Shown here: in pieces, positions 46,914 to 56,402 of the stretch
Numbering within the stretch: position 1 is the first letter of the stretch
Layout: every line of letters starts with the position of its first letter
Assembly (NCBI GenBank): GCA_011773515.1
Contig: WVXK01000062.1
Location: forward strand, 164,928 to 228,927
DNA from: Deltaproteobacteria bacterium
GTDB taxonomy: Bacteria; Desulfobacterota; Deferrimicrobia; J040
Length of the DNA: 64,000 nucleotides
Reading direction: 5' to 3'
Notes under the pieces: model-generated
The model's input: only the letters and a program-made list of their open reading frames with translations
Told to the model about the DNA's origin: nothing
Database searches by the model: none
Translations under genes and position numbers: made by a program

Positions 46914-48527
46914 TCACTGAGCTTTAGAAGGATCAGCTGACGCAATGGCTGCCGCGTCGCCAGTTGACTTGTCGTGTAAGAAACCACGCCCTTTCATATC
47001 TTCCTTGATTCTCGCTTTGAGAATTTTCCCCTGGCTGTTTCTCGGCAGACTCTCGGTGTACTCGATGGAAGCGGGGACCTTGAAAGGCGCCATATTGCTC
47101 CTGGCATATGCGAGAATCTCGCTCTTTTCGATGGTAGCCCCCTCTTTGAGCACGACTATCGCCACCGGCACCTCACCACATTCGTAATCGGGTTTTGAGA
47201 TGACCGAAACATCATCGACGGCTCCGTGTTCTAAGAGTATCTCCTCGACTTCAGCGGGATCAACGGGGACTCCTCCCCTGATTATGATATCCCGCAGCCT
47301 GTCGATGACGTAAATATAGCCACCCTCATCAATCGAAGCTATGTGACCGGTGTAAAGCCAGCCATTTTTAACTTTCTCCGCGGTAAGATAGGGGTCATTG
47401 TAATAACCTTTCATAACGGTGGGTCCCCTGACTGCAAGCTCTCCCACCATGTTCGGCACGATTTCCACCCCCGAAGAATCGATGACCTTTACGCGAATCC
47501 CGACCGCCTCCTTGCCGATCGAGGAAAGCCTCCTCAAACCAACAGCGTCGTCCCTCCCCATTTCTTCGTTTACGTTGAGGAAACTTATGTTCCCCGACGA
47601 TTCAACCTGTGCAAAGGACTGGACGAAGCCACAATGAAATATCGACATCGCTTCTTTGAGAAGTAAGGGGTCTACCGGGATGATACCGCTGTAGGAAATC
47701 TTTTTCAGAGAAGAGATGTCGTGTTTACCTTTTCTCGCCTCGGAGGCGAGTTGTGCCATCATCTGCGGAACGAGGAGCAGCTGCGTAACGCGATGCTTCT
47801 CAATGAGCTTCAGTGCCAGTTCCGGCTCAAAAATCCTCATGATTACCACTTTTGCGCCGGGGAGGAAAAACTTCATCATCCTCCCCGCACCGGCAAGGAA
47901 GGGGAGCGAAGCCGTTGACAGGTACACATCACTGCGTGAGATGTTCAGTTCCAGTGCGGAGAAGTAAGAGGCGCACATAAGATTTCTGTGGGTGAGCTGC
48001 GCCCCTTTGGGGTTTTTCCCGATTGACCCTGCATAAGAGATAAACGCCACATCGCTTTCATCCAAAAAATCTCCTGCGGCGCCGCTTCGGTACCCCCTCC
48101 CCATGAGGGCAGCCAGGGGAGGATAGCCGGACACATCCCCGTCTATACAAACCAATTTCTCCAGGTAAGGGCAATATTCCTTTATTGCATCTACCGAGTC
48201 CACGAACTTTTTTTCAAAGAAAAGGAACCTCGGTTCAAGGTCCTGCAAGATCCGGATCAGTTCCGGGGGCAAGAGGAAAAAGTTGAGCGGGGAAGTGATC
48301 GCCCCCATTCCCGCAAGCGCAAACAGTATCTCCACGTACCGGGGGGAATTCCGGGTGAGAACCGCCACGGGTTCGCCTCTCCGGACCCCCATCTCACGGA
48401 AGAGAGCGGTTAAATAATCCACCCTCTTTTTCAGCTGCCTGTATGTCAGCACCTCATCGTCGCAGACGACCGCCTCTTTTTCGGGAAAAACACGGGCATT
48501 GTGTTCGAGGATATCTCCTACTAGCAC
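46914..48527 (-). CDS. AMP-dependent synthetase/ligase (acyl-CoA synthetase family)
   Basis: 537 aa with AMP-binding core motifs (YSGSIGKNPKG-like region, GELAVRGPTVMKGY, GWLYTGHIASIDEGGYIYVIDR). Confidence 0.85.
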   Translation of the reverse strand: MLVGDILEHNARVFPEKEAVVCDDEVLTYRQLKKRVDYLTALFREMGVRRGEPVAVLTRNSPRYVEILFALAGMGAITSPLNFFLLPPELIRILQDLEPRFLFFEKKFVDSVDAIKEYCPYLEKLVCIDGDVSGYPPLAALMGRGYRSGAAGDFLDESDVAFISYAGSIGKNPKGAQLTHRNLMCASYFSALELNISRSDVYLSTASLPFLAGAGRMMKFFLPGAKVVIMRIFEPELALKLIEKHRVTQLLLVPQMMAQLASEARKGKHDISSLKKISYSGIIPVDPLLLKEAMSIFHCGFVQSFAQVESSGNISFLNVNEEMGRDDAVGLRRLSSIGKEAVGIRVKVIDSSGVEIVPNMVGELAVRGPTVMKGYYNDPYLTAEKVKNGWLYTGHIASIDEGGYIYVIDRLRDIIIRGGVPVDPAEVEEILLEHGAVDDVSVISKPDYECGEVPVAIVVLKEGATIEKSEILAYARSNMAPFKVPASIEYTESLPRNSQGKILKARIKEDMKGRGFLHDKSTGDAAAIASADPSKAQ

Positions 48528-48606
48528 TGCTGGTTCCTTTTTCTCCCCCCTATTGAAAAAATTATACTACGATAAAAAAATAAGCAAGGCGTTTGGAGAC
48601 AGCCCG

Positions 48607-48888
48607 ATGGATGATGCATATGACGTCTACCCCATTCTCCACAGGGAAAAAATCTATAACCTCATTACCGCCATCGACCTGACCTTCGTTGAAGTAAGAT
48701 CCCTGATCGACTATCTGGAAGAGCAGGAGGCGTTCGGAACAGGTGAGCACGAAGAGGCTATGGAATCGGGCAGACTCTATTCCGTTGAACTTGATGATGT
48801 CGTATACGAGGTTGACGTCCTCGGATACGAAATTGCCATTTACTCGAGAGTCGAGCGCCACGACGGCCCCGCCGAGGAAAACAGCTGA
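48607..48888 (+). CDS. Small acidic hypothetical protein (93 aa)
   Basis: GGAGA RBS 8 nt upstream of the ATG; protein-like composition. Confidence 0.35.
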   Translation: MDDAYDVYPILHREKIYNLITAIDLTFVEVRSLIDYLEEQEAFGTGEHEEAMESGRLYSVELDDVVYEVDVLGYEIAIYSRVERHDGPAEENS

Positions 48889-48955
48889 CGGTGAAGAGCA
48901 TAACCTTCACCCGACATCTCCCGCCGGCTACGCACCCCTTGAGCAAGACGGGGAA

Positions 48956-51091
48956 TCAACCCCTCGAAGAGAGAAGGAAAGACATTGCAAGGACGAAGAG
49001 CGACAAGGCACCGATTACGAGGGAACCCACCGCCACGCCGCAGAGGGGAAGAAGGAATGAAGCGCCGGTGAAGGCGGCCGATGCCGAACCGGCAAGGTCA
49101 AGGGCATAGGCGCGGCTGTAGGAACCCAGGCGGTGACCCGATCCGGCAAAAAGCCCCCCTCCGCCCGATCCCGTGACAAAAAGGGCAAAGTAAAAGAGCG
49201 GGGACGGGGGAACACCGTTTTGCCCTCCGAAGACCCACAATACGAGTATGGCCGAAAGCACCGTCCCCGCGAGCATGGCGAAAGAAGCTTTCTTTACGCT
49301 TCCGAGGACCCCGGAAGACCCCGCTGCGAGCCCCACCATGTAGGAGCAGAAAAGAAGACCGATGTGGGTGTACACGCTGCCGAAAGCCATCTGAAAGGCA
49401 AATATGAGGGATACCTCAACGAGTATCCCCAGGGCTCCGGAGAAAAAGAGTATCGCCTGGGCAAAGCCTCTTCCCAGCAGGGCCGTGGTGCCGAAAAAAA
49501 AGAGGGCGTAAAACATAAGAAAGGAAAGCAAAATCATGGCAGGGGAAATCTTGAAAAGCCTGACGATCGCCCTGTCGGCAATGTCTGGGTGCTGGGAAAA
49601 AACCGAGGAGAGCCCGTGGATTACCGGGAGTTGGTCGAAGATTCCCCCGCCACCCCTTCCGGTCAGAAGTGACCGAGCCCATGCCTCCCGTTTGCCATCC
49701 ATCCGGAATGGGACTATCTCCGGGACGAAGTAGACGTTTTTCAAATGCCTTGACCGTAACCGGCCCGCCACCACGTCGAAATCTGCCTTATCGACCGGAA
49801 GGGAGGGTGAAGCGATAAAAGAAAACTCATCACCGGGGATAATGCGAAGGGCGCCGAAAGACCCGAGCATGGCGGAATGAAGAAAATCCAGGATATGGAC
49901 GTAATCATCGCCGAGGTAGTCCCCGCCGAAGGGAAGTCTTACGAACAAGATGCCCGTCTTTGCGAGAGCTCCGGAAAGGTTCCTGTAAAAGGATGCCCGC
50001 AATGTCCGGAGCGAAGAGAGGGTTACAGGCAACCCCGGCGCCTGGATGATGACGTCGTACTCTCTTCCCCCCCCGTTGAAAAAGCGCACCGGATCCTCGG
50101 GAACATACACTTCTGCGAGACCCTTGCCACCGATCTGGGCAATGACACTCTCGGCGTGCAGGAAGTCAGCGTCGATTACGGACACGCTCACGTCCCCATA
50201 TTTTTCACACTCCCGGACAAGTGGCAGAAGGCTGGCGCCTATCAGGAGAAAGCGGCGAGGCGTCTTTCCAAACGATGCCGGGAAGTGGACCATCTCCTCG
50301 GAAAAAACAGGGTCCCCGGAAACGAACTCCCTCTTTAAATTGGCATAGAATGTTTTCTGTTCCCCATCAGTGGTCACGTCAAACCTTCCCGTCAGAGTCT
50401 GTCTGTAATGGGTGTGTTCGAACCCGCGAAAAGACCAGGCAGAGGTGAGGGAATCGATATAGCGCGAACAAAGAAGCAAAGCAAGTGACGCAAGCAGCAG
50501 CAGAAAAGGGGAGACAAGGGAGAGCTCCACCCCATTCAGAACGCGGCGGACGAGGATAATTGCCGCTGCGCTCGAGAGAAGACAGACGGAAAGAAAAAAA
50601 TAGGGGCCCGCCTCGATGCAATATGGAATGAGGGAGAGCACACCCGCAATCGATGCGCCGATGGCCTCATAGAAAAAGACGCTGCTCTTCCCGGCCCGGG
50701 GGTCGTCAGTGAGCGAGAGTTGCCGAAAGAGCATGCCACCGGCAAGGGAGGGAAGGAGGAGGGGAACGGAGGTGACGAGGAGAACGAGGTCAAACGGTGG
50801 CGCCTCACCCGGCAAGATTCCCACGATGACACGCGCCCCGCGGGTAAACAAAACGCCCAGCAGCGCGAGAAGGGGAATGGCGAAGGCGAGAGCTTCGATC
50901 AGCCTCCATGAAGGCCTCACGCCCTCCCGGAAGGAAAGGGCGCCGGCACCGCCGGAGAGCAGCCACAGGCCCAGCCCCATACCGTAGACCACCTCGTTCC
51001 CACCGCACTGGGAAAAAACTTCTCTCAGGATAACGACCTGCGACAGGAGCGTTGAAAAGCCCAGGAGAATGGAAAACAGGGCAGTTTTCAT
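48956..51091 (-). CDS. Polytopic membrane protein with a central spermidine/spermine synthase-like domain flanked by N- and C-terminal multi-TM regions
   Basis: About 7 TM helices, then an aminopropyltransferase-like fold (FLLIGASLLPLVRE...VIDADF...DVIIQAPGLP) with a degenerate GGGDGG motif, then ~6 more TM helices. Its ATG overlaps the rSAM stop. Confidence 0.6.
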   Translation of the reverse strand: MKTALFSILLGFSTLLSQVVILREVFSQCGGNEVVYGMGLGLWLLSGGAGALSFREGVRPSWRLIEALAFAIPLLALLGVLFTRGARVIVGILPGEAPPFDLVLLVTSVPLLLPSLAGGMLFRQLSLTDDPRAGKSSVFFYEAIGASIAGVLSLIPYCIEAGPYFFLSVCLLSSAAAIILVRRVLNGVELSLVSPFLLLLASLALLLCSRYIDSLTSAWSFRGFEHTHYRQTLTGRFDVTTDGEQKTFYANLKREFVSGDPVFSEEMVHFPASFGKTPRRFLLIGASLLPLVRECEKYGDVSVSVIDADFLHAESVIAQIGGKGLAEVYVPEDPVRFFNGGGREYDVIIQAPGLPVTLSSLRTLRASFYRNLSGALAKTGILFVRLPFGGDYLGDDYVHILDFLHSAMLGSFGALRIIPGDEFSFIASPSLPVDKADFDVVAGRLRSRHLKNVYFVPEIVPFRMDGKREAWARSLLTGRGGGGIFDQLPVIHGLSSVFSQHPDIADRAIVRLFKISPAMILLSFLMFYALFFFGTTALLGRGFAQAILFFSGALGILVEVSLIFAFQMAFGSVYTHIGLLFCSYMVGLAAGSSGVLGSVKKASFAMLAGTVLSAILVLWVFGGQNGVPPSPLFYFALFVTGSGGGGLFAGSGHRLGSYSRAYALDLAGSASAAFTGASFLLPLCGVAVGSLVIGALSLFVLAMSFLLSSRG

Positions 51092-52245
51092 GCCTTCTTT
51101 TCGAATATACCCTCGATTTTTTCACCACAGTGGGCGCACTTTCCATTCTGAACGTGATTTTCACCAATGAAATAGACCAGACGGGAAATTACCCTTTTCC
51201 CGCACCGGGGGCAGTAGGTGTGCTCTCCCGGATCTCCCGGGACATTCCCCACGTAAACATACTTGAGGCCCGCATCGATGCATACCTCCCTCAACCTTCT
51301 CAGGGTAGACACGGGCGTGGGTGGTAGGTCTCTCAAAAGGTACTGGGGATAGAAGCGTGAAAGGTGGAGAGGCACATGTGCCCCCAGCTCTTTTTCTATC
51401 CAGACCGCCATTTTTTTTAACAGATCGGGGTCATCGTTGAGGGTGGGAACCACGAGATAGACGATCTCCAGCCATGTGCCCGAGGAGGCAATGCTTACGA
51501 GCCCATCGAGAACGGGCTTCAACTCGCCACGGACTATCTTTTTGTAATACTCCTCTTCGAAGGCCTTCAGATCAACCTTTACCGCGAGGACCTTTGACAA
51601 GAGCTCCTTCAGCGGTTTTTCCTGAATGTATCCGGCCGTTACGACAATGCTGTCCACTCCCGCCTCGTTGCCGGCAACGGCACAGTCGTACATGTACTCG
51701 TAAAACACGACGGGTTCGCTGTAGGTATACGCTATGGTCATACAGCCGGATTCCTTCGCCCTCCTTACGATATCTTCCGGAGAGAGACGATAGTTTCGCG
51801 TCTGTTCGGGCCTTGACTGGGAAATCTCCCAGTTCTGGCAAAACTTGCAGTTGACGTTGCACCCGGCTGTGGCCATTGAAAAGGCCCTGCTTGCCGGGTA
51901 GACGTGAAAGAAGGGCTTTTTCTCGATGGGGTCGACATGGACGGTACAGGGCCGGGAATGGATGAGGGTCATATATTTCCCCGCCCTGTTTTCCCGCACC
52001 CCGCAGTAACCCCTTTCCCTGTCGCCGACGAGACACTTCCGGGGACAGAGAAGGCACTCGATTTCGAGCCCCTGTTTCCTTTCGTAATATTTCGCCTCTC
52101 TATCCGATAGATCAGAAGACAGGGAAAAGGCAATGGCGTCGCCCGTTGCTGCCGCCATCCTCCTTAAGGACTCCGGGCGGGGGACGATCAGAGAGGCGGC
52201 ACAGGTCCCGCATGCGGTGAAAAACTGTCTCCTCGATATTTTCAC
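51088..52245 (-). CDS. AmmeMemoRadiSam-system radical SAM enzyme with an N-terminal twin-arginine-like leader
   Basis: CNVNCKFC CxxxCxxC motif, family-typical ECLLCPRKC N-region and C-terminal CPRCG...CAHCG. N-terminus MKISRRQFFTACGTCAASL matches the Tat S-R-R-x-F-F pattern. An alternative start at Met-30 is possible. Confidence 0.7.
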   Translation of the reverse strand: MKISRRQFFTACGTCAASLIVPRPESLRRMAAATGDAIAFSLSSDLSDREAKYYERKQGLEIECLLCPRKCLVGDRERGYCGVRENRAGKYMTLIHSRPCTVHVDPIEKKPFFHVYPASRAFSMATAGCNVNCKFCQNWEISQSRPEQTRNYRLSPEDIVRRAKESGCMTIAYTYSEPVVFYEYMYDCAVAGNEAGVDSIVVTAGYIQEKPLKELLSKVLAVKVDLKAFEEEYYKKIVRGELKPVLDGLVSIASSGTWLEIVYLVVPTLNDDPDLLKKMAVWIEKELGAHVPLHLSRFYPQYLLRDLPPTPVSTLRRLREVCIDAGLKYVYVGNVPGDPGEHTYCPRCGKRVISRLVYFIGENHVQNGKCAHCGEKIEGIFEKKA

Positions 52246-53147
52246 AATCCCACCACCTCCCTCACGGTTTCCACACCTTCACCGGCCACTCCGAGTTCAT
52301 ACGGCGGAAGGGCGGCATCGAATATGTACTGGGGAAACCGTTTCTCTTCCCGCAGGGAGGGAAGCCCTCTCGACCTGCGGAGCTCTTCGAGTTTCTCGTA
52401 GCCGGCTTGGTCGAGCGAAACGGGATCCTCGGCTACATACAGAACACGGCCCTCCTCCCTCCACCTGGCGTTGAAGGAGGGACCGCCGTTGCACTGGACG
52501 AAAGTTCCATCCAGGATTGAGAGGACAACCCTGTTTTTGACCACCGGGGCACTGAAGAGGTCCAGTATGTAGGGGGTGCAGCCGTTCATATGATACTTGT
52601 TCGGGTTGTGGATCGCCCCGAAAAAGTTTTTCATCGTCCCCGTGTAACCGCAGAGAATGTGATCCTTGAGAACGGGAACGCTTATGACGAAATCGCTCAT
52701 CCTGGTGAGGATCCTGGAGAGGAGGCTTCCCACCTCGCCGTTGACCGTGAGTTTACTTTCATAGCCAACGCCGTAGGTGTCCGTCCCAAAACACCTGATC
52801 CCGGAGGAGCTGTAATTCAATCTGAACCCGGCCCGGACCAGCTCATCATTCTGCCTGTCCCATACGGTAACGTTGCTTTCGGAGAGCCCCGCCTGCACCA
52901 GCAGATCGGCGATTCCGTACGCCACTGCCATCCTCGTCTGTATACCGGGCACTCCGAGACAATTTACCTTGATGGAAACTCTCGCCCTCTTTCCGAAGCG
53001 GGATGCCAGATACTTTTTCCACCCCATTCCGGAGAGCATTTCCAGCCCTCTTTTCAAAGCAACCGACATGTCCCGGGGATCATAGGAAGCTGCCTTTTTG
53101 GGGCTCTTGACGCTGATTTCCGCAACTCTGGATCCCATGTCATTCAC
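52242..53147 (-). CDS. DUF362 domain protein
   Basis: KVNCLG and LKDHILCGYTGTMKNFFGAIHNP match the PF04015 core (KPN...KtH...G.T...KN.FG). Overlaps both neighbours by 4 nt. Confidence 0.65.
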   Translation of the reverse strand: MNDMGSRVAEISVKSPKKAASYDPRDMSVALKRGLEMLSGMGWKKYLASRFGKRARVSIKVNCLGVPGIQTRMAVAYGIADLLVQAGLSESNVTVWDRQNDELVRAGFRLNYSSSGIRCFGTDTYGVGYESKLTVNGEVGSLLSRILTRMSDFVISVPVLKDHILCGYTGTMKNFFGAIHNPNKYHMNGCTPYILDLFSAPVVKNRVVLSILDGTFVQCNGGPSFNARWREEGRVLYVAEDPVSLDQAGYEKLEELRRSRGLPSLREEKRFPQYIFDAALPPYELGVAGEGVETVREVVGL

Positions 53148-54658
53148 CGGTTCTCATCATCACCGAATACTTCCGCCTCGAAGGAATAAATGTCAACTTC
53201 CTTTTTCCAGGCAAGGGAGGGAAGCCCCGCCTTGACACAGGTCTGGGAGAGAAACGTTTCGACGTCCCATCCGTTTTTTACTGCCACCTGCGGAAGAAGC
53301 AGACCCCTTTTGTGCCCTCTCGAGACCATGAGGCCGTGCCTGCCCACCTCAATGCCCGATATATCCTCAACCTTTTCAAGCGGAGTGAGCACGGATATCT
53401 CGACACGTATGCTCGCAAGTTCCGGGGGTGTGAGCGGCGGAAACCGTGGATCCTCAGTAGCGGATGAGACGGCGCACTCCATGATCGTCCGGTAGAGGGG
53501 ATAGTGAGCCTTCGTGTACCCTATGCAACCCCGGAGTTTTCCCCCTTTCTCTATCGTGACGAATGCCGCGCCGGGGGCTTTCAATTTCTCGCTCGAAACC
53601 TCGACATCGGGAATATTCCCCATTTGAACGAACTCGTTGATGGTTTTCCTGGCTATTGCGAGGAGTTCCCTTTTCTCGCCTTCGCTCAGGTAACCGGTGC
53701 CGCCAAGTTCCCCTTCCTTCATCGTTCCCCTCCTTTGGGAAGTCTTCTCACCACTTTTCAGTGCGATCGCCGATACATAGCCAACCACCGATGCGGTATC
53801 TCCCGTTGCATCCCCGGAATCTGCGTACCCCGTGATGTATACCGACGCGGCTCCCAGCCTTTTCCACAGCATGAGTGCCAGCACCGACGCGGCGCCTCCG
53901 CATGCCTCACACTTCCCTTCCTTGAGATCACGGATGAGCCCGCCGTCGTCTAGATCCTGCACCCTTTTCCTGAACACGCCATCGAGGACTTCCCCCGCGC
54001 TCCGGCTCTTGTAATGTGAGAGGTCAGTGCTCGCCACGACGAGGACCCTTCTCCCCCGTACCGCGCTGAAAATAGCGTCGGCTACCTTTTCCAGCAGGCT
54101 CCTCTCGATCGCGTTCACTTCGATGGGAACGAAGGAAAAGTCACCGAGAGCTACCTGAAGAAAGGGAAGCTGCACTTCGAGGGAGTGCTCCCTCACAAAG
54201 AGCGCGGGGGAACTTTCAAACAGGCCGGGAGAGCGGGATTGGATATCGCGAGCAGCGCGGCTGTCGATGTTCACCAGCCCGAGGGGGGTCCTGAATGCTC
54301 CCTCGAGCATGATCGCGGCCCTTTGCACGCGAAGGAAGTGGCTGGGCCCCAGTAAAACGACGAGGTCATAGCGGTTTCCCCTTATCTCCCTGTAGGCCCT
54401 CGCGGCAGTCCTCCCGGAGTAGACGTATCCCGCATGGGGAGCGATAATACCGGCAATCCTCTTGCTCTGCAGGGGAACCTCTTTACCCTCCTCCATGAGG
54501 CCCTGTATCATACCGTTCAGTTCTTGCGCATCGGAGGGATAAAAAGAGCCGGCCCAGGCGGGCTCCCTCACGGAAGCACCTTCCGCAGGAAGGGGGTAAT
54601 GGAGGGTTACACAAAACGACAGGACAAAAACTGCGGCCAATGTCCCCGCCCTCGCCAT
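53144..54658 (-). CDS. Memo-like (AmmeMemoRadiSam protein B) - AMMECR1 (protein A) fusion with N-terminal Sec signal peptide
   Basis: Signal peptide MARAGTLAAVFVLSFCVTL...AEGA, Memo motifs IIAPHAGYVYSG and DLSHY, C-terminal AMMECR1 GAAFVTIEKGGKLRGCIG...LLLPQVA. AGGAGG RBS before the ATG at 54658. Confidence 0.7.
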   Translation of the reverse strand: MARAGTLAAVFVLSFCVTLHYPLPAEGASVREPAWAGSFYPSDAQELNGMIQGLMEEGKEVPLQSKRIAGIIAPHAGYVYSGRTAARAYREIRGNRYDLVVLLGPSHFLRVQRAAIMLEGAFRTPLGLVNIDSRAARDIQSRSPGLFESSPALFVREHSLEVQLPFLQVALGDFSFVPIEVNAIERSLLEKVADAIFSAVRGRRVLVVASTDLSHYKSRSAGEVLDGVFRKRVQDLDDGGLIRDLKEGKCEACGGAASVLALMLWKRLGAASVYITGYADSGDATGDTASVVGYVSAIALKSGEKTSQRRGTMKEGELGGTGYLSEGEKRELLAIARKTINEFVQMGNIPDVEVSSEKLKAPGAAFVTIEKGGKLRGCIGYTKAHYPLYRTIMECAVSSATEDPRFPPLTPPELASIRVEISVLTPLEKVEDISGIEVGRHGLMVSRGHKRGLLLPQVAVKNGWDVETFLSQTCVKAGLPSLAWKKEVDIYSFEAEVFGDDENR

Positions 54659-54816
54659 GGCAACTCCTCCTATGAGGAAATTCCCCATTGGTTCAAGCAT
54701 CAGTATATTATATATTGCCAACAGGGCCATGGATACCTCGCTGGACTCTTTAACGGGATCGCCCACGGACTGGGGGAAGGTCACCTTGCTTCATCCCGTC
54801 AAAGGGGGAGGAGATA

Positions 54817-55428
54817 ATGAGAGCAAAAGCCTCTTTCACCCTCGCTTTTATCTTTTTAACGGCAACTTTCTGCGTCGGAAATTCCACCGCCTCGTCGAAC
54901 AGGTTTTTTGACTTCTCTTCGGGGAGAAACACCGCCGGCTTCTTCACCTCTTTCGCAGACGATTTTTCCTACTATTTCGGCCAGGTGAGAACAAAGCCGG
55001 CCGGCACCTTTGAGGTGGGACTCAAAGGAGGGGCAGTGGAGATAAAAAAAGGCAGGAACGAGGGGACCGGCGCATATCTGGGGGTGGACGGAAATGTGCG
55101 GATCTTCGGTTTCGAGGGCTCTTTCCCCTTCGACCTCTACCTGGCAACCGGCTTTTCGAGCATACTGAAGTCGCGGCGGGCCCTGAACGAGTTCTTCATA
55201 GGGCCCGTAGGCGAGAAGACTCTCACCTCTGCCACCGCTCTGGTTATTCGGGGAACCCTCGGCATGGAGGTGGCCGCGCGAGGGGGTTCTCTCACTGACG
55301 ACGATGACCTGGATCTCTTTATCACCCCGGGTCTCGTTTTCAATATCGGGGATTCAGCAAACATATTCCTGGAGCTGAAAGCCGGAACGGACACTGCTGC
55401 TGGCATAGGGATAAACTTTTCCTTCTGA
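54817..55428 (+). CDS. Small outer-membrane beta-barrel protein (OmpW/OmpA-like, hypothetical)
   Basis: Signal peptide, alternating hydrophobic beta-strands, C-terminal aromatic residue (…GINFSF). Confidence 0.55.
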   Translation: MRAKASFTLAFIFLTATFCVGNSTASSNRFFDFSSGRNTAGFFTSFADDFSYYFGQVRTKPAGTFEVGLKGGAVEIKKGRNEGTGAYLGVDGNVRIFGFEGSFPFDLYLATGFSSILKSRRALNEFFIGPVGEKTLTSATALVIRGTLGMEVAARGGSLTDDDDLDLFITPGLVFNIGDSANIFLELKAGTDTAAGIGINFSF

Positions 55429-55487
55429 TTTCAAAGTCAACATGATGCCGGCCAAACCCACCCAGGGGAGGAGGGAGAAAAGGAGAG

Positions 55488-56402
55488 TTGCAAACCCATC
55501 TCGGAGCTATTTTCCCAAAAATCGTGGCGGTGGTGGTACCCGTTTTCTCGGTTATCGGGGGAGGCTATCTCTTCGCCAGATGGAGGAAGAGCCGGGATCT
55601 TCATTTCGTCACCGATTTCATAACCTACGTGGCCGCCCCGCTCCTCGTGTTCTACTCTCTCACCGACAGGACCCTTCCTTTTGAAAATTTTTCCCTTATC
55701 TTTGGCAGCTCCCTGTTTATCGCCATCCTGGGCTCTGCCCTCTCCTTTTTCTCCTCGAAGAAGATAGCAGGCGGCTCTCCAGCGGCAACCCTCACCATGG
55801 CATTCATGAACTCGGGGAATATGGGCCTGCCGGTCTGCTACTTTGCCTTCGGCAGGGATGGTCTTGCCGTCGCCACCATCTTCTTCGTCACCATGTCGAT
55901 AGTCCACTACACGTTGGGCACAGCCCTGGCGAGCGGAAGGGGAAAAGTCGGAGATGCGCTGCTTTTGCCGCTTGCCCCTGCAGCTATCCTCGGCATCGCC
56001 ATCAACCGGCTGAACATTACCCTCCCGGTCCTGATAGAGCGACCCGTAAAGCTGCTTGCCGACTCGGCGATACCCCTCATGCTCTTTTCTCTTGGAGTCC
56101 GCCTCTGGAACATCGAGAAGACTGACCTGAAGCTCTCCTACACCCTGGCCACCATGCGTCTTTCGATCGGCATCCTGTCCGGCTTCTGCGCAATTATGCT
56201 GTTTGGTCTCAGCGGCACCTCTGCCTTCGCCGTTCTCCTCCAGGCGAGCATGCCACCGGCTGTTTTCAATTTCATCCTCTGTGAAAAATTCAACAAAAAT
56301 CCGGGGCTTGCCGCATCAACGATACTTGCGGGGACGCTCATGTCCCTCGCAACCATTCCACTGCTCCTTTCCCTGATCTACCTGTACTTCCCGATACGGT
56401 AG
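55488..56402 (+). CDS. AEC-family (auxin efflux carrier-like) transporter
   Basis: 304 aa, ~10 TM helices, typical AEC/MdcF architecture. Confidence 0.7.
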   Translation: MQTHLGAIFPKIVAVVVPVFSVIGGGYLFARWRKSRDLHFVTDFITYVAAPLLVFYSLTDRTLPFENFSLIFGSSLFIAILGSALSFFSSKKIAGGSPAATLTMAFMNSGNMGLPVCYFAFGRDGLAVATIFFVTMSIVHYTLGTALASGRGKVGDALLLPLAPAAILGIAINRLNITLPVLIERPVKLLADSAIPLMLFSLGVRLWNIEKTDLKLSYTLATMRLSIGILSGFCAIMLFGLSGTSAFAVLLQASMPPAVFNFILCEKFNKNPGLAASTILAGTLMSLATIPLLLSLIYLYFPIR

